Shown here one piece after another: positions 8,550 through 17,658 of a stretch of 54,854 nucleotides of DNA. The stretch is from assembly GCA_013375395.1 (NCBI GenBank), contig JABXJW010000002.1, forward strand, positions 3,733 through 58,586. The letters run 5' to 3'. A program made the translations under genes and the position numbers. Source of the stretch: Desulfobacterales bacterium (GTDB taxonomy: Bacteria > Desulfobacterota > Desulfobacteria > Desulfobacterales > C00003060). The first letter of the stretch is position 1, and each line of letters begins with the position of its first letter. Below the pieces are notes generated by a model. That model saw only the letters and a list, made by a program, of their open reading frames with translations. It had not been told where the DNA came from and did not search any database.

Positions 8550-9770
8550 TCATTCTTTCGTATATGTTCCAAGAATAAGCGATGAATTGTTTCCGCCAAA
8601 GGCCAGGGCGTTATTCATTCCAAAAGTTATCTGTTTCTCCCGACACTTGTTAGCAACGACGTCGATATCAAAATCTGGAAGAGGGGTCCTGTAATTAATC
8701 GTTGGTGGAATAAGGTTGTGATAGACAGCCAGAGCATTGGTCAGAGCCTCGATGGCACTGGCTGCTCCCATGGAGTGGCCCAGCATGGACTTAATGGAAG
8801 TTACGGGAAGATCCTTCGCCCTATCGCCGAAGACTTGGGTTAAAGCCAGCATCTCTGCCCGGTCATTAGTTGGGGTTCCAGTGCCATGGGCAATAACACA
8901 ATCTATCTGCTCCGGTTTGAGGGAGGACCATTTCAGGGCGAAATTCATTGCCTGAATAAGTCCCCGGCTTTCCGGATGCGGCGCAGTGATATGGATGGCG
9001 TCACAACTGATGCCATAGCCCATCACCTCTGCATAGATGCGCGCCTTTCTTTCCAGGGCCTTTTCCAACGGTTCAAGGACCAGTACGGCTGCCCCTTCAC
9101 CAACCATCATGCCCGTAGAATCCCTATCAAAGGGCCGAACAACATCATGCGATACCGCTCCCACACGATTAAATCCGGTAAATGGTATCCAGGAAAAAGG
9201 ATCCGCTCCCCCTGCAAGCATCAGGTCAGCTTTAAAGGAGCGGATTAGATCAAAAGCATAGCCGATCGCAAAATTGCCGGCAGCGCAAGCATTAGGAATC
9301 ATTATGTTAAGGCCAGAGACACCCAATTCCTTGGCCATATTCGCGGGGATATTCCCACTGGGATATTGCTGAAGCAGGGATGCCCGGATCTTGTCCTGCC
9401 CCCCCCTTAACCAGACCCGGTCTGCCTTTTCCAGGGCTTGAACCTCTCCGAGGGTCGTTCCCATAGAAATGCCCACCCTCTGCAGATTCTCTTTCTTTAG
9501 ATCCAAGACAGCATCTTCCACAGCCATTTTAGCTGCCATAATTGCCATGATCGAGCCACGTTCCAACCGGGAGGCATCTTCCTGTGAGAGAAATGGGTTT
9601 GGATCCAGGTCCTTTATCTCGCCACCTCGATGATTTTCAAAGCCAGACGTATCGTGAGAAGTAACTTCGCTTGTTCCACACGTGCCGTTTAGGGCATTCT
9701 TCCAGAATTCCTGCTTTCCAACTCCAATGGCGGAGACAATCCCTAAGCCAGTTATGACGACTCTATCCAT
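8550..9770 (-). CDS. Beta-ketoacyl-ACP synthase II-type condensing enzyme (FabF-like KS-alpha)
   Basis: Start taken at ATG 9770 (MDRVVITGLGIVS), after AAGGGGA. The catalytic motifs are intact: PNACAAGNFAIGYA, AHGTGTPTNDRAE and KSMLGHSMGAASAIE. Confidence 0.9.
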   Translation of the reverse strand: MDRVVITGLGIVSAIGVGKQEFWKNALNGTCGTSEVTSHDTSGFENHRGGEIKDLDPNPFLSQEDASRLERGSIMAIMAAKMAVEDAVLDLKKENLQRVGISMGTTLGEVQALEKADRVWLRGGQDKIRASLLQQYPSGNIPANMAKELGVSGLNIMIPNACAAGNFAIGYAFDLIRSFKADLMLAGGADPFSWIPFTGFNRVGAVSHDVVRPFDRDSTGMMVGEGAAVLVLEPLEKALERKARIYAEVMGYGISCDAIHITAPHPESRGLIQAMNFALKWSSLKPEQIDCVIAHGTGTPTNDRAEMLALTQVFGDRAKDLPVTSIKSMLGHSMGAASAIEALTNALAVYHNLIPPTINYRTPLPDFDIDVVANKCREKQITFGMNNALAFGGNNSSLILGTYTKE

Positions 9771-9784
9771 TCTTATTCCCCTTA

Positions 9785-10258
9785 TCAGGTCGCCTTCTCT
9801 TTGTTGACAGAAAAGCTCAACTCCCCTTTGCAAACAATACGATCTTCCACTTTTGCAACACCTTTCACCACTCCCCCTGTAGAAATGAGCTTGACAGGAG
9901 TAACTTCAACCAACATCCGGTCTCCGGGGTAGGCCGGGCTCAGGAATCTGGCCTTAACCGAGCCAAATAGGAACGTTCTTCGGGACACATCTTGGTCCGT
10001 ATTTCCGTAGCAGAATAAGACGATAGCCGTTTGGGCTATTGCCTCCAGGATAAGTGACCCCGGCATAACGGGCAAATCCGGGAAATGGCCTTGGAAGAAT
10101 TCCTCGTTTCCCGAAATGTTCTTTAACCCAACCACCTTTTCTCCCGCCTTGATCTCAACGATTCGATCGATCATCAGGAATGGAAATCTCTGGGGCAATA
10201 TCTCCTTTACCTGATTGAAGTCTAGTTGGTCTACAGGTTGCCTTTTTTCAGACGCCAT
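9785..10258 (-). CDS. 3-hydroxyacyl-ACP dehydratase (FabZ/FabA-like hot-dog fold)
   Basis: PFLMIDRI and GHFPDLPVMPGSLILEAIAQ motifs. Confidence 0.9.
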   Translation of the reverse strand: MASEKRQPVDQLDFNQVKEILPQRFPFLMIDRIVEIKAGEKVVGLKNISGNEEFFQGHFPDLPVMPGSLILEAIAQTAIVLFCYGNTDQDVSRRTFLFGSVKARFLSPAYPGDRMLVEVTPVKLISTGGVVKGVAKVEDRIVCKGELSFSVNKEKAT

Positions 10259-10264
10259 ATCCCC

Positions 10265-10513
10265 CTATTTCCCTTCTATGAATTCTCTTGCCAAGGCAAC
10301 AGACTCATTCAAGTTGGTAATGTTTTCCAACCGATCCTCGGGTATCTTGACTTTATATTTCTTTTCTATACCGACCAGAATCTCCAGTGCCATCATGGAA
10401 TCCACACCCAAGTCATCAACGAATTTTGTCTCCCCGTCAAATTCATTTTCATCAACCTCAATAACATAAGCTACTATCTTCTTAATCTCTGAAAACAGTT
10501 GATCTTGCTCCAT
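10265..10513 (-). CDS. Acyl carrier protein
   Basis: 82 aa, acidic, with the phosphopantetheine attachment motif DDLGVDSMMALEIL. Confidence 0.9.
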   Translation of the reverse strand: MEQDQLFSEIKKIVAYVIEVDENEFDGETKFVDDLGVDSMMALEILVGIEKKYKVKIPEDRLENITNLNESVALAREFIEGK

Positions 10514-10533
10514 CCAACACTCTCCTTTCTCAT

Positions 10534-11277
10534 TTAGATTCCCATGCCGCCATCCATCTGAATCACCTGGCCGGTGATATAGCCGGCATCGTCTGATAAA
10601 AGGAAACTGACAATGCCGGCAACTTCCTCTGGCTTGCCAAATCTTCCCAAGGGAATAGTCTTCAACACCTGTTCTCGATATTTTTCCGACAGTTTTTCAA
10701 CCATCTCTGTATCCACAAAGCCCGGAGCAACGGCATTCACCCGGATATTATAGCCGGCAACTTCCTTTGCCAGGGCCTTGGTGAATCCAATAACACCTGC
10801 TTTGGAGGCCGAATAGTTTGTCTGTCCGGCGAGCCCGCCTATCCCACTGTAAGAGGCGATATTGACGATATCACCTGATTTCTGTTTAAGCATCTTCACA
10901 ATTACTGCTTTGGTATAATTGAAGACACCATGAAGGTTAGTGCCAATCACCTCTTGCCAATCGGTTTGGGACATGGTCATGAGGGCCTTGTCACGTGTAA
11001 TCCCGGCATTGTTGACAAGAACGTCAATCTTACCAAGAGCTTCCTCAACCCGGGAGCCAATACTTTGGGCTTCTTCGTAGTTGTTGGCGTCAGCCTGCAG
11101 AGCAATTGCCCTAACATTCATCATGCTCAATTCACCTTCTAATTCTTTTGCCCGATCAATACTTCGGTTAAAGGTGAAGGCAATATTGGCGCCTTCTCTG
11201 GCCAAGCGCAGGGCAACGGCACGTCCAATCCCGCGGCTGCCACCCGTTATGATAGCTACTTTGTTTCTAAGGTTCAT
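10534..11277 (-). CDS. 3-oxoacyl-ACP reductase (FabG-like SDR)
   Basis: TGGSRGIGRAVA cofactor motif and YSASKAGVIGFTKALAKE catalytic Y-x3-K. Confidence 0.9.
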   Translation of the reverse strand: MNLRNKVAIITGGSRGIGRAVALRLAREGANIAFTFNRSIDRAKELEGELSMMNVRAIALQADANNYEEAQSIGSRVEEALGKIDVLVNNAGITRDKALMTMSQTDWQEVIGTNLHGVFNYTKAVIVKMLKQKSGDIVNIASYSGIGGLAGQTNYSASKAGVIGFTKALAKEVAGYNIRVNAVAPGFVDTEMVEKLSEKYREQVLKTIPLGRFGKPEEVAGIVSFLLSDDAGYITGQVIQMDGGMGI

Positions 11278-11278
11278 T

Positions 11279-12703
11279 CTAATCCTTCCCCATTATCTGG
11301 ACTGCTGTCAGAAAACCAGAATGAATAGCAGAGGCGACACCCGTACCCGGCTTGGTCCAGTGACCAGTCAGGAACAAGTTCCTTATGGGAGTCCGGTTGT
11401 CCAATCTAAAGCGGCCTTGTGCCTCCGGGGTCAATGCCCAGCCATAGGCCGCCCCCCGGCTATTTCGGGTATACCGATAATAGGTTGCTGGAGAAGCACT
11501 CTCCCGATAGACAATCTTGTCCCCCAAGCCGGGACACCTCTTCTCCAATCTGGAGACGATGCCATTTTCAAACGCCTTTTTTTCCTCTTGCCAATTATGT
11601 CCGGAGTCAAATATCGGAACCAGAATGCGCAAGGCACACTGCCCCTTAGGGCTATCCCCTGTTGAAGCCAACAAGAGAAAGAAGTCTTCTTGTGCTAGGA
11701 TGTCACTATAGGACTCAAAATGCCAGCCGTTAATTCCCTCCACCAACTTGTTCGCCCCCTTTAACCCCAGGAAAGTCACGAACATGGAACAACTTTCTTT
11801 GTACCCCAGCAAATTCATTACAAAATCCTCTTTTAAGCAAGTGCGGGGCAACAGTTTGAGAAAAGTCTGTTTTGCGTCAACGTTTGAGACAACACACCGT
11901 CCCTTCACCGTTTGGCGTCCTTTCAACTTGACGCCTGTGGCCCGGTCGTCATCTGTCAGGATATGGGTAGCCTCGTGAGCGAGTAGAATCTGTCCCCCCA
12001 GTCCCAGCAGATGCTCGGCCAACTGGTCAGGAAGCCTTTGAGAGCCTCCTCTGATGACAAAGGCCCCGTCAAGGAAGTAGCTCCCCAACATCAAGCACAT
12101 CGTCAGAGCGGATACCTTCTTGGCAGGCAAACCCAGATATCCCCACTGGGCAGACAAAACGGCTTTCAGATTTTCATCGGTGAAATAATCACCCAGCATC
12201 CGGTAATAGGTAGTCATTTCGTAGCTTTTTACCAGGTCGTGATCAGGGTTTGCGGCCTTGGTTTTGTTAATCACAGACAGATCTTCAAAGAAACGGGCAA
12301 TACCGCCTGCTTCTTTGGGAAACATGTCTTGAAGGACTGATACATATTTCCCGCTGTCTGCCGGAATTGTGATTGTTTCATTGCCGATGTGAACTAGGTC
12401 GAGAGGGTTCTGGGGAATCACGTCTAGGTTGAGGTCAAGACGAGAGAGTATCGTCCCTGTTAAGGAGCGAGGATTTCCAATTCCGCCAAAGAGATGTGCG
12501 CCAGCATCAAAGGTAAAGCCTTCGCGTCGGAAAGAGCTGCATAACCCCCCGGGTTTGTAATGCTGTTCGACAATCAAAACGCTGTATCCGTTTTTGGCCA
12601 AAAAATTGGCGCAAATCAGACCACCTATACCTGCTCCGATGACGATGACATCGTACGACGTTTTCAGTTTTGAGGCGGGGACGGAATAGCCCTTGTAACT
12701 CAT
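11279..12703 (-). CDS. Phytoene-desaturase-family (CrtI/CrtD-like) NAD(P)/FAD-dependent oxidoreductase
   Basis: The N-terminal dinucleotide fold is YDVIVIGAGIGGLICANFLAKNGYSVLIVEQHYKPGG. The C-terminal LFLTGHWTKPGTGVASAIHSG is typical of the family. Confidence 0.8.
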   Translation of the reverse strand: MSYKGYSVPASKLKTSYDVIVIGAGIGGLICANFLAKNGYSVLIVEQHYKPGGLCSSFRREGFTFDAGAHLFGGIGNPRSLTGTILSRLDLNLDVIPQNPLDLVHIGNETITIPADSGKYVSVLQDMFPKEAGGIARFFEDLSVINKTKAANPDHDLVKSYEMTTYYRMLGDYFTDENLKAVLSAQWGYLGLPAKKVSALTMCLMLGSYFLDGAFVIRGGSQRLPDQLAEHLLGLGGQILLAHEATHILTDDDRATGVKLKGRQTVKGRCVVSNVDAKQTFLKLLPRTCLKEDFVMNLLGYKESCSMFVTFLGLKGANKLVEGINGWHFESYSDILAQEDFFLLLASTGDSPKGQCALRILVPIFDSGHNWQEEKKAFENGIVSRLEKRCPGLGDKIVYRESASPATYYRYTRNSRGAAYGWALTPEAQGRFRLDNRTPIRNLFLTGHWTKPGTGVASAIHSGFLTAVQIMGKD

Positions 12704-13581
12704 TCTGATCTCACTTTTCCGACTACCGGGATGCCGATCCTGTTGTCCCGGAATTCATCTTTGGCCTCGATAATCGCACGAAAATTCTCCCTGAAAAGAA
12801 GATGGCTTTCCTTGATCAGCCGAAATCGCTCATCCATTATCTCTTTTAGACTGCGGAATTCGCTCTTGTTTCGCCAGTCTATCGAATCGCCCGCGATTAC
12901 TCCTTCCTCTTTGCAGACCGGACAAGTTATCTTTTCCGGCCCCAGGTTGAAAGTCAAGTTATTACATGCAGGGCATATGATTCCTGCCTGGCCATGTGGA
13001 AAGGTTGCTACCCGCTCAGCCGGCCGCTCGAAATCCCGGCCAAGTTTTTCCCCCAGTTCATGAGCCCTGCGGATATTTTGCCTTTCAAGGAGGCATTCGC
13101 CAGGTGATCCTGCTGATACGGATAATATTCCAGAAACCCGGAAGTTGAGATAAAAAGAAAAGAACAACAACGGAGGCAGGGCATATATGTGCTCAAATTG
13201 GGAGGCGAAGGTGTGGGTGAACACAAAACTGGTCAATTTGTGTTTCCAGGGCTCCCCCTTCACGACATAGGGCCGCATACGATCAATTAGTGTTTTCAGG
13301 ATGCCCGGGATACTGTGGATGTATATTGGACTCCCGACAATAAGACAATCCGACTGCTTAATCTGCTGATAGATAAACCTGACATCATCCTTGATCGGAC
13401 ATTCAGGATCTTCTTGAACGACGCACTTTTCACAACCACGACAATACTCTATCCGAAAATCATAGAGGCGTATGATCTGGACTTCTGCCCCTGCTGCTGT
13501 CGCACCCTTGAGGGCCTCTTTGACCAGGATATCGGAATTTCCCGTTCTCCTTGGAGATGAAACAATGCCGGTAACTCTCAT
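12700..13581 (-). CDS. Flavodoxin-like / NADPH-dependent FMN reductase family protein with Cys clusters (iron-sulfur flavoprotein-like)
   Basis: VTGIVSSPRRTGNSD and LIVGSPIYIHSIPG (FMN_red-type). Cys motifs are CRGCEKCVVQEDPECP and a C-terminal CPAC...CPVC ribbon. It overlaps the downstream gene by 4 nt. Confidence 0.7.
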   Translation of the reverse strand: MRVTGIVSSPRRTGNSDILVKEALKGATAAGAEVQIIRLYDFRIEYCRGCEKCVVQEDPECPIKDDVRFIYQQIKQSDCLIVGSPIYIHSIPGILKTLIDRMRPYVVKGEPWKHKLTSFVFTHTFASQFEHIYALPPLLFFSFYLNFRVSGILSVSAGSPGECLLERQNIRRAHELGEKLGRDFERPAERVATFPHGQAGIICPACNNLTFNLGPEKITCPVCKEEGVIAGDSIDWRNKSEFRSLKEIMDERFRLIKESHLLFRENFRAIIEAKDEFRDNRIGIPVVGKVRSE

Positions 13582-13590
13582 CTCTGGTCC

Positions 13591-15615
13591 CTAAATCCTG
13601 TAGCCTGCATCAAAGCCTTCGTGGACCGCGTCCAGAATATTCCGAGGGTGTTTGGCGTCGCCAATGATGTGCAGGTCTATCCCAGGCAACTCCTTAACCT
13701 GTACGTACAGTGATTCCTCAGCTTCAAATCCGGTTGCAATCACCACTGTATCGGCCCGCACGAACTGTCGTTGGCCTTCGCGACTAAACACCAGACCATT
13801 CTCTGGACTGCCCTCGGCCACAAACTTTATCTCCTCGACCTCAACCTCATTGATCAACTTGATCCCTAATTCCTTTAATAGATCCAAGACCACCCATTTG
13901 GTGGAAACCCCGATTCCTATGCCAAAGACCCTTTTCTTTCCTAGAATGGTAATCTTTCTGGGGCCGCGGACCGTCTTGGCAACGGCCTGATCCATATCGG
14001 CAATCCTATTCTTCATGAGAAAAATGGCATTTGGCGGCGGGGTATTCCCCATTTTTGCCAAATGAATCGCGGTCTCACAGCCAACCGATCCTCCCCCGAT
14101 TATCGCGACTTGCTGCCCAACCTCTCGTTCACCGGATAAGGCCTCGGCGGCCGACAAGACATGAGGGTTGTTGATACCTTTTGTGAGCGGCATATGAGTC
14201 TTTGCCCCTGTGGCAATGATTACCACCTCGGTTTCTTCGCTCGTTATCATGGCCCGGTTAACCTTCCGGTTAAGAAAGATCTTGACCTCTAAAGACCTGA
14301 GTTCGGATTCCAGAAAGGCGATGATATTTCTCAGTTCGCTGCGTCCCCATGGCATAGAAGCGTAATGGACCTGCCCACCGAGACGGTTGCCTTTTTCAAA
14401 AAGACTCACTTGATGTCCCCGGAGCCCACAGACTCTGGCGGCTTCCATTCCCGCCGGGCCTCCACCAACAACCATGACTTTTCTGGGTTTCCTTGTTTTC
14501 TGAATCTTATAGATGTGTTCGCTTCCTACTCGGGCATTAACAGTGCAGGCGACCGGCTTAAAGTTGACAATATTGTCAAAGCACCCTTGATTGCAGGAAA
14601 GACACCATCTTATCCGGTCATATCTGTGCTCCAGGATCTTGTTGGGAAGTTCCGGGTCGGCAATCAGGGGTCGGCCCAAAGAGACAAGGTCTGCTTGCCC
14701 ATTTTCTACAGATTGCTTGATAACCTGCCAGGAGGCCAGTCGATTACCAGCAATTACGGGGACGCAAACTTCTTTTTTGATTTCTTCAGCCAGGAACAGA
14801 TATGCCCCTTGCGGGATATACATGGACATAACGCTTATTGGGGCGTCATGGCGACCGGGACTTACCGAGATCGCATCAATCCCGGCCTTTTCTAGGGCCC
14901 CGGCGATTTCAATATGTTCTTGAAGTTTGTTCCCCCCGGGCATTAGTTCGTCTCCGGAGATCTTGATAATCAAAGGGTAATCCTGACCAACCTTTTCCCT
15001 GACCGCAGCGATCAATTCAAGCATGAAGGTCATTCTCCCGTGCAGGTCTCCGCCGTATCTATCTTTTCGCCTATTGGTGAGAGGGGACAGGAATTGATTG
15101 ATCAGGTAACCCATGGAACTAATTATCTCTACGCAGTCAAATCCTGCCTCTTTGGCACGCTCGGAAGCCGAGGCGAAGTTATGAATAGTCTCCTGTATCT
15201 CTCCAGGGGTCAATTCCCGCGCAATATTCGCTATTCTTTTGTTCAGACAGCGTACCGGAGAAGCAGAAACGGGTTGATCTTTGATAAAAAAGGGATGGCA
15301 ACATCCTCCCCCATGCAACAACTGCGCTCCAATTTTGGCGCCGTTTTCATGAATGAGGTGAGCCAATCTTTTCAAGCCGGGAATGAACTGATCATTATCA
15401 AGGCCGATCATTCCCGTCCACATCCGGCCGATCTTTTCGGTATAACAGCCGCCGACTATGATTAAACTGACTCCTCCTTTGGCTCTCTCCTCATAAAAGG
15501 AGACCAATTGATCAGTCACAAAACCCCGGTCCACATAGCCCAGATCCATAGCTGCCATTGTTATTCTGTTTTTCAGTTCCAACTTGCCTATCTTAATTGG
15601 GTCAGATATCTTCAT
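13591..15615 (-). CDS. 2,4-dienoyl-CoA reductase / enoate reductase-like flavoprotein (OYE TIM barrel, 4Fe-4S and FAD/NAD(P) domains)
   Basis: OYE-type GFDCVEIISSMGYLINQFLSPLTNRRKDRYGG, Cys cluster CLSCNQGC, and second dinucleotide fold VMVVGGGPAGMEAARV. Confidence 0.85.
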   Translation of the reverse strand: MKISDPIKIGKLELKNRITMAAMDLGYVDRGFVTDQLVSFYEERAKGGVSLIIVGGCYTEKIGRMWTGMIGLDNDQFIPGLKRLAHLIHENGAKIGAQLLHGGGCCHPFFIKDQPVSASPVRCLNKRIANIARELTPGEIQETIHNFASASERAKEAGFDCVEIISSMGYLINQFLSPLTNRRKDRYGGDLHGRMTFMLELIAAVREKVGQDYPLIIKISGDELMPGGNKLQEHIEIAGALEKAGIDAISVSPGRHDAPISVMSMYIPQGAYLFLAEEIKKEVCVPVIAGNRLASWQVIKQSVENGQADLVSLGRPLIADPELPNKILEHRYDRIRWCLSCNQGCFDNIVNFKPVACTVNARVGSEHIYKIQKTRKPRKVMVVGGGPAGMEAARVCGLRGHQVSLFEKGNRLGGQVHYASMPWGRSELRNIIAFLESELRSLEVKIFLNRKVNRAMITSEETEVVIIATGAKTHMPLTKGINNPHVLSAAEALSGEREVGQQVAIIGGGSVGCETAIHLAKMGNTPPPNAIFLMKNRIADMDQAVAKTVRGPRKITILGKKRVFGIGIGVSTKWVVLDLLKELGIKLINEVEVEEIKFVAEGSPENGLVFSREGQRQFVRADTVVIATGFEAEESLYVQVKELPGIDLHIIGDAKHPRNILDAVHEGFDAGYRI

Positions 15616-15618
15616 TTT

Positions 15619-16683
15619 CTAATAGAAGCCGTAAAAGTCGAGGTCAGAATCTCCGATAGAAAGAAACCAATTGTTTCTCTGTTGAAGAAATCGTTGGTCG
15701 ACCTTCTCCGATTTTGATTTGACAAAAACATTAACTGTTCTTCGGTAGAAGAAAAAACCGAGTTTTTTCAGGGCATGGTCGTAACCGGCGATCCCGGGTC
15801 GGAGGCATTTTACAACGTCAACGGATTCTTCATCAAAATAGGATAAAGCCTGCTTGATGAGACATTCTGTTGCTTCACTATTGTTGCCCAGGGATATCAG
15901 ATCCGTTATAAGACCAGTCTTTAGTTTCGACCTCTTTTCCACCCTCAGCACAATATAACCGGCCAATCCGTCTGCACTCGTCGCACCGAAGATCTTATAT
16001 TTGTATCCCGGGACATCACCATATCGCCACTGAAGGTAATCCTTATCCCTGACACAGGTAACCGGGCAATCTCCGTTTATTCGGTCCCAAAGGCTGTTAA
16101 ACCTCTCATCAAAAAATGACACTTCTTCTATTCTGAATCTTCCTTCTTTCGGCCTGCATGCAAAAAGATAGATCCTCTTGAATGCCCGCCACAAAATCTG
16201 CGCACCTTGGGTCAGCCAGGACTGCTTAACTTTCCCGGACAATATGTTTTCCAAGCTTAGAACATTGGTTAACACTGGAACAGAAAAATAGCTGAATCCG
16301 ATCCTTTCTGCAATTATAGAAGAATTCGGGTTTCCTAGACCTAAAAGGATGTCAAAATCCTCCATTGCCCGGTGAGCCAATTTAAACGCTCCGGCCTTGA
16401 ATCTAAAGTCCGGATGGGTACCATAGTCAGCAAGCCATAGACAATCGAGGATAGAATTACCGACCTTTAATTTTGACCTTATCCCGGCCAAAATCCCTAC
16501 AATTTTATGGTCCAGTTCAGAGACCAAAATTGCGGGATTTAGGCCATAATTATTCGGATTAGATAAATAGTGCCATTCCCAGAAATGTACAAAACCATCG
16601 ACACCATACTTGGGAAAGATAGCTTGCAACAGAGAAATGATCTCTTGCTTATCACTTTCTTCAAAGTATCTAATCTTTAACAT
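15619..16683 (-). CDS. GNAT / FemAB-like acyltransferase family protein (first gene of the lipid operon)
   Basis: About 355 aa. The GNAT-like N-terminus is MLKIRYFEESDKQEIISLL and a second acyltransferase-like half contains YLQWRY. The start is ambiguous (ATG 16683 or TTG 16698). The assignment rests on weak motif resemblance only. Confidence 0.5.
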   Translation of the reverse strand: MLKIRYFEESDKQEIISLLQAIFPKYGVDGFVHFWEWHYLSNPNNYGLNPAILVSELDHKIVGILAGIRSKLKVGNSILDCLWLADYGTHPDFRFKAGAFKLAHRAMEDFDILLGLGNPNSSIIAERIGFSYFSVPVLTNVLSLENILSGKVKQSWLTQGAQILWRAFKRIYLFACRPKEGRFRIEEVSFFDERFNSLWDRINGDCPVTCVRDKDYLQWRYGDVPGYKYKIFGATSADGLAGYIVLRVEKRSKLKTGLITDLISLGNNSEATECLIKQALSYFDEESVDVVKCLRPGIAGYDHALKKLGFFFYRRTVNVFVKSKSEKVDQRFLQQRNNWFLSIGDSDLDFYGFY

Positions 16684-17156
16684 TTTGCTGCTTGGCAAGG
16701 TAATAAGAAGCCTCTTTCAGTACGTCTCAGCCGCCTCCCCGCTCAAGCTCAGCGGGTGTCACTCCATTTAGAGCAGCTTGGGAATAACCTTGCTCGGCAA
16801 CCGGATAGAGCCGGTTTCAAAACCCTTTTTCTGGTTTGCTTGACCGGGGAATCTTGGTCTGTCCTGTTGCTATTATTTTTCATAACACGGAGTCCTCAAC
16901 CGAGTCAATTCCAAACAAGAAGGGCTTTCTAACTGACTGACTCAGGTTTCGCACGTGTAAATTGAACCAAGCCTCTGTGCGTCAAGGCTGTTATGTCGAA
17001 ATACTGTACATGCATTCACCGTATCGTCTTTTTTTGTTACTTTTTTTGCTGGTTCCCTCCTTTTAAGTGAGCAGGGCGCCTTTCGAAAGAGCCGTCATAC
17101 CGTGGGTTTGGCAAGATGTTCGGAGCAATTGTACATAAAATTGTAGAACAGAAGCC

Positions 17157-17186
17157 TTGACAATAAGGTGCTTCAAGATGTAAAAT
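17157..17186 (+). promoter_or_regulatory. Sigma-70-like promoter candidate for the Wzz/BY-kinase-like operon
   Basis: TTGACA (17157-17162), 18 nt spacer, TAAAAT (17181-17186). It lies about 470 nt upstream of ATG 17659. Confidence 0.35.
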
Positions 17187-17400
17187 CATTGATATTTGTA
17201 GGTTATCAGGCCGAAGCATTGTCACACGCATTGCTTGAGTTGGCTTGATCGATTGAAGAAGTATTTTGTGTTTTCTGGAAACTATTTAATGGGCCGCGGT
17301 ATGCAGGGCGTGAAATTTGATTGTTATAAGTCACTTGTTGAACTCTTTTGAGGCTTTGATCAATCAGCCCGGATACCGTTGCTATTTCTGGTTCGAATAA

Positions 17401-17576
17401 TGACGGCTTCGTAAAAAGTCCACCTGCGGCGTTGTGCTTCATCTTTCGTCATTGCGACGTACCATAAGTACGCCTCATTCCTCAAGATTGCGCCTGACGG
17501 CTTAAAAAGAGGCGCACGCCTTGCATATGAACTTTTTACTTTGCCGTCGATTTAATGACTTTTTACGAGACCATCA
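17401..17576. repeat. Imperfect inverted-repeat element (MITE- or REP-like, or a structured leader RNA)
   Basis: The 21-nt left arm tgacggcttcgtaaaaagtcc (17401-17421) is the reverse complement of gaactttttactttgccgtcga (17529-17550, 16/21 matches). It is also the reverse complement of a tandem second copy, tgactttttacgagaccatca (17556-17576, 17/21). Internal sub-stems are gcgcct/aggcgc and cgtac/gtacg. Confidence 0.45.
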
Positions 17577-17658
17577 ATAATATCTTGCTAACTTTTTGGT
17601 CCGCTTTTTGCAAAAATATAGCGTGTTTTTGATTCTATTTTCGAGGCACTCGTTTGAA

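Noticed and set aside
9399-9406. Homopolymer tracts inside coding regions as phase-variation switches: the C8 run in KS-alpha, and C7-8 runs near 21590 and 28337.
   Set aside because: The tracts are short and the frames are intact. There is no strain comparison available and no association with typical contingency loci.
17385-17400. A tRNA-like T-loop string (ggttcgaa), and more generally any tRNA, rRNA or CRISPR array in the window.
   Set aside because: There is no complementary T-stem, acceptor or anticodon arms around it. No regularly spaced direct repeats with unique spacers were seen anywhere in the window.
17037-17442. ORFs 17037..17231 and 17206..17442 (-) in the divergent intergenic region.
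   Set aside because: They overlap the inverted-repeat element and the promoter candidate. No RBS or domain is visible, so they are likely repeat-derived artefacts.
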